From positions 2,387,867 to 2,451,866 of the forward strand of contig CBDFJR010000005.1 of the NCBI GenBank assembly GCA_965248535.1: DNA of 64,000 bases, written 5' to 3'. The notes beneath the pieces were generated by a model, which worked only from the letters and a program-made list of their open reading frames with translations, did not search any database and was not told the DNA's origin. The first letter of the stretch is position 1. Each line of letters opens with the position of its first letter. Shown piece after piece: positions 53,786 through 63,802 of the stretch. Source of the stretch: Phormidesmis sp. (GTDB lineage: Bacteria > Cyanobacteriota > Cyanobacteriia > Leptolyngbyales > Leptolyngbyaceae). The translations under genes were made by a program, and so were the position numbers.

Positions 53786-55246
53786 ATGATCAATCCACCC
53801 TTCGATTTGTCTCAACACCTTTATGAACAGGTTGCCGATCGCATTCGCACGTTGATGCTCGAAAAAACCCTGCAACCCGGCGATCGTCTGCCTTCGGTTC
53901 GCAAGCTGCACGAACAATTTTCGGTCAGCATCTCGACTGTTTTAGAAGCCTATCGGCTGTTAGAAGACCAAGGGTTAATTGCTGCGCGTCCGCAGTCGGG
54001 CTACTTTGTCAAAGCTCATTTGCTTATTCCTGACGAGCCGAAACAATCTGCTTTGCCTAAACCTAGTTTTCCGGTTGAAGTCTCCCTGGCTTATCGAGTT
54101 GGAGTCACCATGCGCGACCCGACCAAAGTCAAACTAGGTGCAGCCGTTCCCGGTTTGGATCTGTTGCCGATCGCTGCCCTCAATCGCTTAATGAGTCAAG
54201 TGATCCGCACACATTCTGACATCGTGCACTCTTACTCGATCGCCAAGGGATGTGAATCGCTGCATCACGAAGTTGCTAAACGCTTAATTGATGCAGGTTG
54301 CTCGATCAATCCCAATCAAATTGTGATCACAAACGGCACAACTGAAGCCGTCTATCTGTCTCTGAGAGCCGTCACAAAGCCGGGCGATATTGTGGCGATC
54401 GAGTCTCCCTGCTACTATGGCATTCTCGAAGCGCTAGAGGCACTTCACCTCAAAGCTTTAGAACTGCCCACCCATCCTCAAACAGGCATCTCGCTGGGTC
54501 ATTTAGAAACGGCTCTTGAAAATCGCCAGGTTAGCGCCTGTGTGCTGGTTTCTAACTTTAGCAACCCCTTAGGAAGCTGTATGAGTGATGTCAACAAACA
54601 GCGCTTAGTTGCCTTGTTAAATCGCTATGACATTCCCCTAATTGAAGACGATGTATATGGAGAGTTGCACTTTGAAGGAACGCGCCCCAAAGCAATCAAA
54701 GCTTTTGACACAGAGGGACGGGTTCTCTACTGTTCATCGGTTAGCAAAACTCTTTCGCCCGGTTTGCGCGTTGGTTGGTCAGTGCCCGGACGCTATCAGA
54801 TTAAAATCGAGCAACTCAAAATGGCGATGAATTGGATGACCTCGATCGCGTCTCAACTCACAGTTGCTGCTTTTTTGGGTAATAGAGGCTACGATCGCCA
54901 TCTGCGACAACTTCGCCGCGCCTACCAATCTCAAATTGTTCGCATGACTCAAGCTATTTGTGAACATTTTCCTGCCGAAACTAAGGTCACTCGACCCAGT
55001 GGCGGCTATATTCTCTGGTTAGAGTTGCCCAACGAGTTTGAAGCGATGGCGCTCTATGAAGAAGCTTTAGAGCATCAGATTAGCGTTGCGCCTGGTGTGA
55101 TGTTTTCGCCGTCTGGCAATTATAAAAACTGCTTACGCCTTAATTGTGGGCTGCCGTGGACATCAGACCTCGATCGGGCGATGCAAACCTTGGGCTATTT
55201 AACCAACCGCCAGTTGATGAACGCTAAAAACCCGGAATCCCGATAA
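53786..55246 (+). CDS. MocR-family regulator (GntR HTH plus PLP aminotransferase domain)
   Basis: LPSVRKL HTH, IEDDVYGEL and SKTLSPGLRVGW; divergent from EamA operon. Confidence 0.92.
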   Translation: MINPPFDLSQHLYEQVADRIRTLMLEKTLQPGDRLPSVRKLHEQFSVSISTVLEAYRLLEDQGLIAARPQSGYFVKAHLLIPDEPKQSALPKPSFPVEVSLAYRVGVTMRDPTKVKLGAAVPGLDLLPIAALNRLMSQVIRTHSDIVHSYSIAKGCESLHHEVAKRLIDAGCSINPNQIVITNGTTEAVYLSLRAVTKPGDIVAIESPCYYGILEALEALHLKALELPTHPQTGISLGHLETALENRQVSACVLVSNFSNPLGSCMSDVNKQRLVALLNRYDIPLIEDDVYGELHFEGTRPKAIKAFDTEGRVLYCSSVSKTLSPGLRVGWSVPGRYQIKIEQLKMAMNWMTSIASQLTVAAFLGNRGYDRHLRQLRRAYQSQIVRMTQAICEHFPAETKVTRPSGGYILWLELPNEFEAMALYEEALEHQISVAPGVMFSPSGNYKNCLRLNCGLPWTSDLDRAMQTLGYLTNRQLMNAKNPESR

Positions 55247-55249
55247 GGG

Positions 55250-55283
55250 CATAGCAGCCGTGCCCTGGATTGTTAGACCTCAT
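55250..55283 (-). other. Truncated attC (R'' end only)
   Basis: Minus strand ATGAGGTCTAAC is complementary to the cassette start GTTAGACCTCAT at 56148-56137. Confidence 0.7.
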
Positions 55284-55290
55284 CGCGATT

Positions 55291-55503
55291 CTAAAACTCT
55301 TCAACAGTTAACTCAACATCACTTGCAATCTGCCGTAGTAGTCTGGAAGAAATATCTCGACCTTTGTGAAATGGAACAGTTGTTCCTCGACCATCCTCGT
55401 GACGAAACTGCTTGTGCGACCCTTTCTGTCGGACTTCTACAAATCCAAGATTTTCCAATATACGAATAATCTCTTGAGGCTTTAAGACTGGAATAGCACT
55501 CAT
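55291..55503 (-). CDS. hicA: HicA mRNA interferase toxin
   Basis: GFVEVRQKGSHKQFRH..TTVPFH motif. Confidence 0.92.
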   Translation of the reverse strand: MSAIPVLKPQEIIRILENLGFVEVRQKGSHKQFRHEDGRGTTVPFHKGRDISSRLLRQIASDVELTVEEF

Positions 55504-55506
55504 AGT

Positions 55507-55716
55507 CTACGCGATCACAATTTGCTGAGTGCCAACAAATTCTGTATCGAAAGCTGGATTCTCATCTTCCAAAAGCATTTCGATTACCTCACGGAGGTTC
55601 GCTTGCAGTTCATCTAGAGTTTCCCCTTGAGAATGCGCTCCAGGAAAACCTGGGACATACCCTACATATAGGGATGTGTCAAAGTCTTTCTCAACAACAG
55701 CGGTAAACGTTTTCAT
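55507..55716 (-). CDS. hicB: HicB antitoxin (short form)
   Basis: VPGFPGAHSQGETLDELQANLREVI motif. Confidence 0.9.
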   Translation of the reverse strand: MKTFTAVVEKDFDTSLYVGYVPGFPGAHSQGETLDELQANLREVIEMLLEDENPAFDTEFVGTQQIVIA

Positions 55717-55820
55717 AAAATTAACCTCAGGCAGGCTTACTCTTCAGACGGAATGAGCTTGCCCAATCTTAGCATTTTCGGCTGAGAGAATCTGAAAATG
55801 GTTACACGTAATTGCAAGGC

Positions 55821-56120
55821 TTACTTCATCAGCAATGAGGGAAGTTTTTGTTGGATGTTATTAATGATGTAGTCTGCAAAGCTTGAACTGAATTTCGGGT
55901 TTCCACTTTTCATCTGGTGACCTGCATTACCTGTACCTCTCTCATATCAATAGTGAACATGATCACTATCTGGATCAGACTCGCTTGTCAGCGCAATTAG
56001 AAAACCGAACACAAGACCAGATGCTGCATCAACGTTAAACTTGACTTGATAACCTGGCAGCTCAGAATATGTATTCCATGTGCGAGGACAAACTTTATCC
56101 CACGCCATCAAACTTCTCAT
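55821..56120 (-). pseudogene. Cassette ORF with internal TGA (55947-55949)
   Basis: MRSLMAWDKVCPRTW...HY*YERG...LMK*; starts 28 nt after the attC R' site. Confidence 0.5.
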
Positions 56121-56141
56121 TTCACTGGAATTAACAATGAG

Positions 56142-56225
56142 GTCTAACGTTGCCCATCACCCGCCGCAGATCACCTCTGTATCATAACCGATCAATTTCC
56201 GGCGTTTGCATGAGCGTTGTTAGCC
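56142..56225 (-). other. attC site (84 bp)
   Basis: Minus strand GGCTAAC ... GTTAGAC with imperfect internal inverted repeat. Confidence 0.8.
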
Positions 56226-56251
56226 TGCATCTACACCGATAAAGAGGACGG

Positions 56252-56446
56252 TTATGATTGTTCTTTAAGCGTCAATATATCGTCCAATGCATCAATTAGT
56301 TCCCTATACTCCTCAATAGAGGATCGAAGATCATAATCGTGTCTAGGATCATCAGCGCCATACGTTTCAAGATAATTTTCAACCTGCTGTAGTCGGTCAT
56401 AGAAATAGGTGATGACTATATCGATAACCTCACAATCAATTGCCAT
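56252..56446 (-). CDS. Small acidic hypothetical cassette protein
   Basis: 64-aa ORF overlapping the upstream ORF end and ending before attC. Confidence 0.55.
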   Translation of the reverse strand: MAIDCEVIDIVITYFYDRLQQVENYLETYGADDPRHDYDLRSSIEEYRELIDALDDILTLKEQS

Positions 56447-57379
56447 TTTCTAACGTCTTTAGTTGAGGTGTGAGATCGATCAATAAGCTCTCCTCTTTCC
56501 ACAAAGGAGATGTCCAATAAAAATCAGTAGATAATTTTAATTTTTGGGAATTAATCGCATGGGCAATCACCTCTACAAGCCACTGCCATCCTTGCATGAC
56601 ATCAGAGGAGTTTAAGAGACGAGCTAGATAAGCATTAACGTAAGGATTATTTGGGCTAATTAGAGGAGAAAGCTCACTAAAGGGGAATTTCAAGTTGTTT
56701 TGAGTGAGGAGTTGAAGAACTTCAAAGACTTGAGTGGTAGCACGTCCTCCACACATCGCAATCATTCGCTGCCCACCACGAGCTTCTAGGCATGTACTCA
56801 GCAAATATCCGCGCAACCCATCGTCAGATTCCTGCCATATCGCCTCAATCAATGTACTAAAGAAAGACTCACTTTGTGATCTCTTCAAGTAAGTGCTCAG
56901 TTGCAAGGTGAGAAATTTCATCATCACTGTTGCTCTCCAGTGTTAGCAAAGTTGCTAATGGTAATTTCAGGTACTCTGGCTGGGCTGATTTCAGAATTGC
57001 TTGCTGCACAACAGTGGCATGATCTTGGAAGAGGCGATCGCACAAGAATTGATGAATAGTACTATCAGTACTGAAGCTTGTTTGGATCAGATATTGGCAT
57101 GCTGTAGCACGAACAAATGGATCAGAATCATCCTGAGCATAAACACGCAGGATTAACTGTTCACCCAGTCCAGCCAAAATCACGAGCAACTGACGGCGCA
57201 CACCAGGTTCTAGGCTGTTTTCAAGACTCTCGATCAAGGTAGAAGTACCTTGTTTTCCAAGCCAAGGTGCCGAGTGCCCACGCCGCCCAAATTCGCTCGC
57301 TCCCATCATCAGACTGTAGAAGTTGGCGTTGTGTGTTCATATCAAGTTGAGAAACTTCTCTGTAGCTTTGATAGGGCAT
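56436..57379 (-). pseudogene. HEAT-repeat-like cassette gene(s), frameshifted
   Basis: MPYQ..ERIWAAWALG (ATG 57379) shifts near 57262 into LGKQG..DPFVRATAC; ORF 56436-56927 may be a further shifted continuation. Confidence 0.55.
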
Positions 57380-57464
57380 GGCAGACTTCTTCCCAGAACA
57401 TTTCGGCGAACTGGCTAAATATAAGACACAAGTTTTAGCGTAGGAGATGAGGACTGACTGAGCA

Positions 57465-57550
57465 GGCTAACATTCCTATTGAGCGGCTCAAAGTCACGCT
57501 AAACTTTTATACGAAAATCTCAAAAGTCCGCTCCAACATGGTTGTTAGAC
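57465..57550 (-). other. attC site (86 bp)
   Basis: Minus strand GTCTAAC (contains the upstream ORF's TAA) ... GTTAGCC. Confidence 0.82.
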
Positions 57551-58404
57551 CGTGGCAAGCACAGTGTCCTGATTTGGCAATATGCCAGACATCACGATAG
57601 CGTGACATCCCTGGTCACTATCTACCACCCCCCTTGTCTTTGTTATATCCATAAATTCTGCGGCGAGTTTGTCTGAGCTAATTTCTTTTGGCAAGGTAGC
57701 CGAATTGGAGAAGTTGTCTCCCTGATAATACAAATGATGGTCAAAATTTGCCTCCTTATGAACTTCTCCATCATGAATATGAATCGTAGGGAAAAAGAGT
57801 GTATTAGGTGAACGAGTGATAAATTCAAATGCCATTGGATGTGGTTTATTCAAGCGAGAAGGTAAGCTCGACCAGCGATCGGCATAAGGATTATCCTCGG
57901 TCGCTGGCATATATTGCTGTTGATTGCGAGTGGATACCTTCAACTTAAATATTCGTCAGCAAAACCATAATCTTTATATTTGGGTAAACGATCCCAAACT
58001 TGCTTTGATAACTTGAATTGAGGGTCTAAACGATCAAAGTCATTTAGGGTAGGGATGAAACTCGCATTGTAATCGCCTACTTCATAGACTTTCAGCGGTT
58101 CCGAAGCAGAACGTCCACGTTCTCCTGAAAATGACCTTGATAGCTCAGGCATCAGTTCAGGAAAGCCAGTTAACATATCATCGAAAAAATTCGGATAACT
58201 ATCCAAAGCTATGAAACGAACGGCTACATCTTCATCATGAGAACCAACAGGCAACGGCAGGATCATCGCCATATCCTGGTCTGCTTCATACGCCATGCTA
58301 TAGACTAAAAACTGCTTTGATTCAGCAGAACGTCTCGCAAAGATCTTTGTTCCTTCTACCAATGAAACTGAAGCAGAGAAAATACACATAATTGCAAAAA
58401 CCAA
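57545..58404 (-). pseudogene. Single cassette gene split by a frameshift near 57955
   Basis: MCIFS..AMILPLP..YGFA reads on into IFKLKV..HPMAFEF..FFPTIHIHDG if the frame is corrected. Confidence 0.65.
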
Positions 58405-58440
58405 ATATTTATAAATTATGTCTTAACAGATAAATCAGTG

Positions 58441-58529
58441 GTCTAACGACCCCGTTCACCCGCCGCTATTAACCTCTCGGACTCAACGAAGCAACTCAAT
58501 ACGGTCGGTGTGCAACGGGATTGTTAGCT
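58441..58529 (-). other. attC site (89 bp)
   Basis: Minus strand AGCTAAC-aatcccgttgcac...gtgaacggggtc-GTTAGAC. Confidence 0.85.
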
Positions 58530-58625
58530 GTTAATCGCCCTCCAACTAAGTCTCAAGAATCATCTTGACCCACTTCTCTCGGAAATTTCTTAGCCTTCTC
58601 AGAGCGTTTCGCTGAAAAGATTTGA

Positions 58626-59035
58626 TTACCAAAGCCGCACGACCCTAGTTTGAGCCAGAATATCACCGAATCGAGTGTGTTGTGATCTGAAAATCCATAT
58701 CCAGTCAAAAACACTCAAAATTTGGGTGAGATTACGAATGGCAGATCTGAATAGCGAGCAAGGTCTACCAGATTCTTTCTCCACTACCGCAATTTTGTAG
58801 AGACGCTTTCCTAAACTTTGTCCTTGAGGCAGACCATCGGCTAGAAGATAATAAAGCACGAAAAGGATTAACCCCTTTGGCAGCAAGAGTAACAGAACTG
58901 CAACAAGACCATCTATAGATTGAGCACCTAGCCTAGCCCAAGGCGAGGCGAGATTTGGGTTTACAAAATCGAAACCACACTCACACAATTGATTTTATCG
59001 AGATTTGCCAAGCGGCATTTCGGACACCTCTTCAC
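58626..59035 (-). CDS. Zinc-ribbon plus RDD-family protein, frameshift near 58990
   Basis: GTG 59035 KRCPKC shifts into CECG; ASPWARLGAQSID, GQSLGK and GDILAQT RDD motifs. Confidence 0.7.
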
Positions 59036-59104
59036 TAATCCTTCCTCTCCTAATTACCAAAGCTCATACGATCTGATTGCCTTTGGAAACCTAAATGTGT
59101 TGAC

Positions 59105-59295
59105 AGCTAACTTAGACTGATCTGGTCTATCTAACCTCACTGATTTGGGTGATTATGCTGAAACTTCTCGGTCTAACCCTTCCAATCAGGAGATTAGGCT
59201 GAAAGTTTTCTGTCTAACTTATCAAATTCGGGATTAGAGCAGACAGAGATCTGTATAACGTCCTGCAATTAGGGAATTAGCAGAATCTGGCTTGC
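59105..59295 (-). repeat. Array-head R site plus ~41-bp degenerate tandem repeats (putative attI region)
   Basis: GTTAGCT at 59111-59105; plus-strand units (c/a)taac...atta...gc.ga at about 59131, 59173, 59214 and 59255. Confidence 0.5.
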
Positions 59296-59586
59296 ACTCA
59301 CATAATATCTCTTCAAGAAATTAACAGCATAGTTTCAAGAAATCTTCATGATGAGTGGAGTCATTCTTACCCTAGCTGTCTAATGAATCCGTACCTCTAG
59401 GAACCGATCGCGCCTCCCTTCTCCAAAAAACGATCGCGCCCTCTCTCAAAAACTCAGCATTCCAAAAAACAAAAAACTCTTGTACAATACACCGCAGTGA
59501 TGGAGTTGTGCCCCGAAGCCTGATCTACCAAATCAGACTCCGAGGTCTTCCATCCCTAGTTAACAACACTAACTCAGGAGGCGTTC

Positions 59587-59706
59587 ATGATTGTACACCG
59601 TCAGCTTTGCTATGGGATCTTGAAAGGCTGGAATCAAGATCCTGCATACAGGTTTCACCCCAACCCAATGTCTGAGAGATCCGTGTTTTTGTCCTCTTTG
59701 AATTAA
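59587..59706 (+). CDS. Putative 39-aa leader ORF
   Basis: AGGAGG RBS; MIVHRQLCYGILKGWNQDPAYRFHPNPMSERSVFLSSLN; stop lies in a hairpin loop. Confidence 0.4.
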   Translation: MIVHRQLCYGILKGWNQDPAYRFHPNPMSERSVFLSSLN

Positions 59707-59722
59707 TCGAGAGGACAAAAAC

Positions 59723-60094
59723 ATGGCAGTTAGGACGATCGTGCCTAGCTCGATTTCGTTTACGGTTGAGTTGCGATGCTCAATCGAAAAACGTTATCGG
59801 GTGAGTGTGGTTTTGGATTTACAAGAGCGTTATCTCTTTGTGCCGTCTGGCATTCTCGTGAATGTTAGCGACAGCATTGAAGAGTTTGTCTCAGAACTGA
59901 GTGAGATTGCGTCTAATCAACTGGCATTTCTGAAATGGGATGGCACCAGTGATTTGACCACAGAGTATCAAGTTGTTCGAGTGTTGCCTGGTTATCAGGT
60001 TGAACGTTCTTTAGTGAAGTTCAACATTGTTCTGGGTAGTGGTTCATTAATTCAAGTAGAGGAGTTGCACAACAAAACGACGATTCAACTATAG
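59723..60094 (+). CDS. Hypothetical protein
   Basis: 123-aa ORF with GAGG RBS and downstream stem-loop. Confidence 0.55.
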   Translation: MAVRTIVPSSISFTVELRCSIEKRYRVSVVLDLQERYLFVPSGILVNVSDSIEEFVSELSEIASNQLAFLKWDGTSDLTTEYQVVRVLPGYQVERSLVKFNIVLGSGSLIQVEELHNKTTIQL

Positions 60095-60164
60095 GACGTT
60101 GGGGTTAGGGAGTCGTCAATATCCCCTTTTGGAAAGGCTCCCTAACTACTGTGCAAGTAACCGA

Positions 60165-61535
60165 TTACCAGTCTGCTGCAAACGCGATCAATTTCAAATG
60201 ATCAGGGTTTGCAAGCAACTCCTTGGCTAACAAATATCCTGTGATTGTCCAGGTTTGATATTTGCGCGCCTCTTTGCCGATTAAACGACCGTCAGGGCCG
60301 TCATAATATTCGGGCCAATGATCTTGCATTAAGCGGCGTTCGGCAACGGCGATCGCGTGATGTGCCAATTCGCCGCGCTCCATTTTTTTGGCGGCGGCGG
60401 TCAACATCCACAGCAAAACGGGCCAGCTTCCGCCATTGTGGTAAGACCAAGGGCGATTTTTAGGATCGGCCCCGGTGACGATTCTCCAATCGCTGTCTTC
60501 TAGCGCTGGGTAGCACAGCTTCATGGGCATGTGCCCCACGAGATCATCCCACCGTAGCTCAATTAAGTTCAAAATCTTGTGAGACTGCTGTTCGTCGGTT
60601 AGTGAGGCGATTACTGCCATCAAGTTACCTAGAGAAAAGAAGCGACAATCTAGCTGTGACGGCCCTAAATTGCCCGCTAAATAGCCTCCTGCTTCGGGCA
60701 ACCAATTGGCTAATCGATAAAACGGAATCGAGTCTGAATAGATGTTGAACTGGTTGAGCGCTTCTTCTCCATATTCCTCGACCTGAAAGCGGTAAATCAC
60801 ATTTAAGCGATCGGGGTCTAACCAATAATGTTCTCGAATCTGTTTGGTTAGCGGCGGCAGGCGATTTTGCACCGCTCGAATCATAAATTGATTGGTCTCG
60901 TTGGGAATCAGCATCTCAAGACTGGCCTTGAGTGCTGCAAAAAACAGTGACTGAATATCGAGGGGATGCCCATAAAGCCCCATGCGGCGATCGATCATAC
61001 TGGCCGCATCGGGAACTAGCACCATCGGATACATATCAAATCGGGTGACTAGGCAGAGTTCTAAAACCAGCCGAATGCCTTCTTGAAAGTCGTCTCGCTC
61101 AATCAGGTCGGTGTCTTGAGTGGAGATCGCATAAGCCCGCAACAAAATCACCCACCACAAACAGGCATCAGCCGGGGCAACTCGCCCGATCGCATGGTCG
61201 CCAAAGTCAGCCTTTAAATATTCTTGCCCATTAAAAGACTGAATTTTGAAACTAGCGGGCATCAGACCACGACTGGGTTTTGAGCAGTCTAGCTGCCCTG
61301 TTTTGGGCTGCAAGGTCAAGGTCGCTTCTAAAAAGTTGCGAACAATTTCTGATCGACCTTTGATCAAAAAAAGCAGGGCTGACGAGACAAAATCTCGAAT
61401 AAAGCACTGATCATAATTTAAGGCAGCAATTTCTGGATCGAGGGCCGCGATCGTGCCGATCGGTTGCCCACGAAAATAAATGATCGATTTTTCAAGAGCG
61501 CTCCATGCCTGTTCTTCAAGTGATTGACTACCCAA
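60165..61535 (-). CDS. Alkaline/neutral invertase (GH100)
   Basis: LNYDQCFIRDF, GLMPASFK, MIDRRMG, YHNGGSWP and WPEYYDG motifs. Confidence 0.93.
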   Translation of the reverse strand: MGSQSLEEQAWSALEKSIIYFRGQPIGTIAALDPEIAALNYDQCFIRDFVSSALLFLIKGRSEIVRNFLEATLTLQPKTGQLDCSKPSRGLMPASFKIQSFNGQEYLKADFGDHAIGRVAPADACLWWVILLRAYAISTQDTDLIERDDFQEGIRLVLELCLVTRFDMYPMVLVPDAASMIDRRMGLYGHPLDIQSLFFAALKASLEMLIPNETNQFMIRAVQNRLPPLTKQIREHYWLDPDRLNVIYRFQVEEYGEEALNQFNIYSDSIPFYRLANWLPEAGGYLAGNLGPSQLDCRFFSLGNLMAVIASLTDEQQSHKILNLIELRWDDLVGHMPMKLCYPALEDSDWRIVTGADPKNRPWSYHNGGSWPVLLWMLTAAAKKMERGELAHHAIAVAERRLMQDHWPEYYDGPDGRLIGKEARKYQTWTITGYLLAKELLANPDHLKLIAFAADW

Positions 61536-61893
61536 CTCTCGACCCTCTCTGGTGATTGGTGCGGCTTACCAAAGGTCTATGTTAAAGCAATCACATCTAA
61601 ACCACTAGCGACTTCTAGAGAATCTCATGACTGTGAGGATAGGTTAAAGACCTGTGCCATTTCTGACCGTTTAGGCGGGCTGAGAGGGAGGCGAGATGGC
61701 AGATTAAGTTTGTGCATCCGATCGAGGGTTCAGCACGTACCTAAGATAGACGTGTCTAAAGCAACAGGCAAGAATGTTTAAAACTCTTTCCGCAAAGCGA
61801 TAGATTGATTCCTGGCTTATTAGTGTCAAAATGGGGTCTGAATGATGATTTAAATTTTCATTGTAATATGCCTGCGAAAGCTTTATATGCCTC

Positions 61894-62478
61894 ATGCCTG
61901 AGCCATCTGACTACCCAGAACAGCCTACCAATCAGACAGATGCAGATCTCTATCTGGCGCTGAGAGAGGGGCAAGCGACTGCTCTCGGCACGCTTTACGA
62001 TCGTCACGCTAAGTTAGTTTATGGGCTAGCCCTGCAAACCCTTAGCAATGCTCAAGAGGCAGAAGATTTGACGCAAGATATCTTTCTCAACCTTGCCAGA
62101 TCAACCTCTTATGACCCACGGCGAGGCTCTCTGAGGACATTTTTGGGCATCTTAACCCGATCGCGTGCCATTGACCGCATCCGATCGCGAAGCACTGCTC
62201 TGTCTTATCTAGAGCGATTTAAATCAGACCGCATCTCAGAAACTTCGTCGCAGTCTCCCTTTGACCATGCGTTTCAACGTGAACAGTCTCAGGCGGTTAA
62301 AACAGCCCTGGCTCAGTTATCAGAGAGTGAACAGCAGCTATTGCAACTGGCCTACTACGAAGGTCTGAGCCAGTCAGAGATTGCAGGGCGGCTAAACATT
62401 CCGTTGGGCACGGTCAAAACGAGAACTCGGCGGAGTCTGCTCAAGTTGCGCCAGACCCTTACCGACTACAGTGGATAA
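61894..62478 (+). CDS. ECF sigma-70 factor (SigK-like)
   Basis: AEDLTQDIF and YYEGLSQSEIA..PLGTVKTR motifs. Confidence 0.9.
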   Translation: MPEPSDYPEQPTNQTDADLYLALREGQATALGTLYDRHAKLVYGLALQTLSNAQEAEDLTQDIFLNLARSTSYDPRRGSLRTFLGILTRSRAIDRIRSRSTALSYLERFKSDRISETSSQSPFDHAFQREQSQAVKTALAQLSESEQQLLQLAYYEGLSQSEIAGRLNIPLGTVKTRTRRSLLKLRQTLTDYSG

Positions 62479-62480
62479 TC

Positions 62481-63278
62481 ATGTCTATGCTTTGGTCGAT
62501 GTCTTCAGAACACTTACAGCTACTGATTGCGGGCTATGTCTTGGGAGACCTTGACCCTGATGAGGCAGCAGAATTTGAGCAGCTTTTGCAAGAACACCCT
62601 ACGATCGCCGATGAGGTGACCCAACTGCAAGCTGCACTAGAACTGTCGTATGGTCTGCCCGATCTAGACCCTCCCTCCCATTTGCGTTCAGCTATTCTCA
62701 ATGCTCAGGTTGACCAGATTCAACCCATTCGTCAAACGGAGGCTATAGATATAGCTCCGGCTCCCGATCGGGCGATTAAAACGCTTCGCAGAAGTCCGGT
62801 TTTCTGGAGTAGAGCGCTAAATCTGGCGGCGGCGGCTCTGATTGTGGTGCTAGGCGTGAATAACTATCGGCTACGACAAACGCTGCAAGCCTCCCAGACC
62901 GAGACTCAGCGATTGACTGCCCTCAACTATTCTTTAAAGAGCACAGAACCGACCAATCCAGCGTCTGCCACGGTTGTCATCAATCCCAACAGTTTAGAAG
63001 CGGTCTTGACTGTCAAAGACTTGCCCCCGTTGCCGCCTGGCAAAGTCTATGTGCTGTGGACACTGCTAAAGCAAGATGCGCCTTATACCACTGACTCAAA
63101 AGGGGCTATTTTGACTCAAGCCTTTAATGTCGATGCTCAGGGAAGGGTGGCTCAACCGATCGTGGTGCCGATCGCGTTTCGATCACAAGCGCTGGTTTCA
63201 AAAGTTGCGGTGACGATCGAAGATGCGGCCGCGCCTCAAAAGCACCAGGGAACGCCGATCTTAGTCAACAGTCTTTGA
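62481..63278 (+). CDS. RskA-type anti-sigma factor
   Basis: AGYVLGDL, single TM, LPPLPPGKVYVLW; adjacent to the ECF gene. Confidence 0.85.
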   Translation: MSMLWSMSSEHLQLLIAGYVLGDLDPDEAAEFEQLLQEHPTIADEVTQLQAALELSYGLPDLDPPSHLRSAILNAQVDQIQPIRQTEAIDIAPAPDRAIKTLRRSPVFWSRALNLAAAALIVVLGVNNYRLRQTLQASQTETQRLTALNYSLKSTEPTNPASATVVINPNSLEAVLTVKDLPPLPPGKVYVLWTLLKQDAPYTTDSKGAILTQAFNVDAQGRVAQPIVVPIAFRSQALVSKVAVTIEDAAAPQKHQGTPILVNSL

Positions 63279-63802
63279 ATATCGACCATAAAACGCTGAC
63301 GTGAACTTGAATCGGGCGATCGCGATCTGATCTAGAGCATGGTTGATAGGATGGAAATTTTGATCTAACGTCCGACTGAGTGGCGATCATCTTAATTCAA
63401 GAATGCAAGACTAAACGGAATTAGAAATACTAGAAGACTCCTAAAATACAACGCTCTGGCTCTGAAATAAATAAACTTTGGATAATAAAAGCGTTGCGGC
63501 TGGAGTAATGGATTATTTGTTTTTGATTCGTCTATCTGCCGCAGAAATGCTGTGCAAAAATAGCTGACTGAGCGATCGGCTTTCACCTCTCAGCCTGATT
63601 TTTTTAATCCTGGAATTCTGACTCAGCAAAAGGTTCAAGATTTAATCACACTAGTTTTCATCTATTCTAATGAGATCCCTTCAACGTCAGTGCTTAAAGC
63701 TTTGATGAGAGAGACATAAACTAAGTACTTCAAAGTATCTTTGAATACGTCTAAGGGCATTTTAGACAAAGAAATGTAGTTCCCTCCCTTGCATAACTCG
63801 TT

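Noticed and set aside
59131..59295. Possible degenerate CRISPR array
   Set aside because: No conserved repeat/variable spacer split; the period is too short for repeat plus spacer
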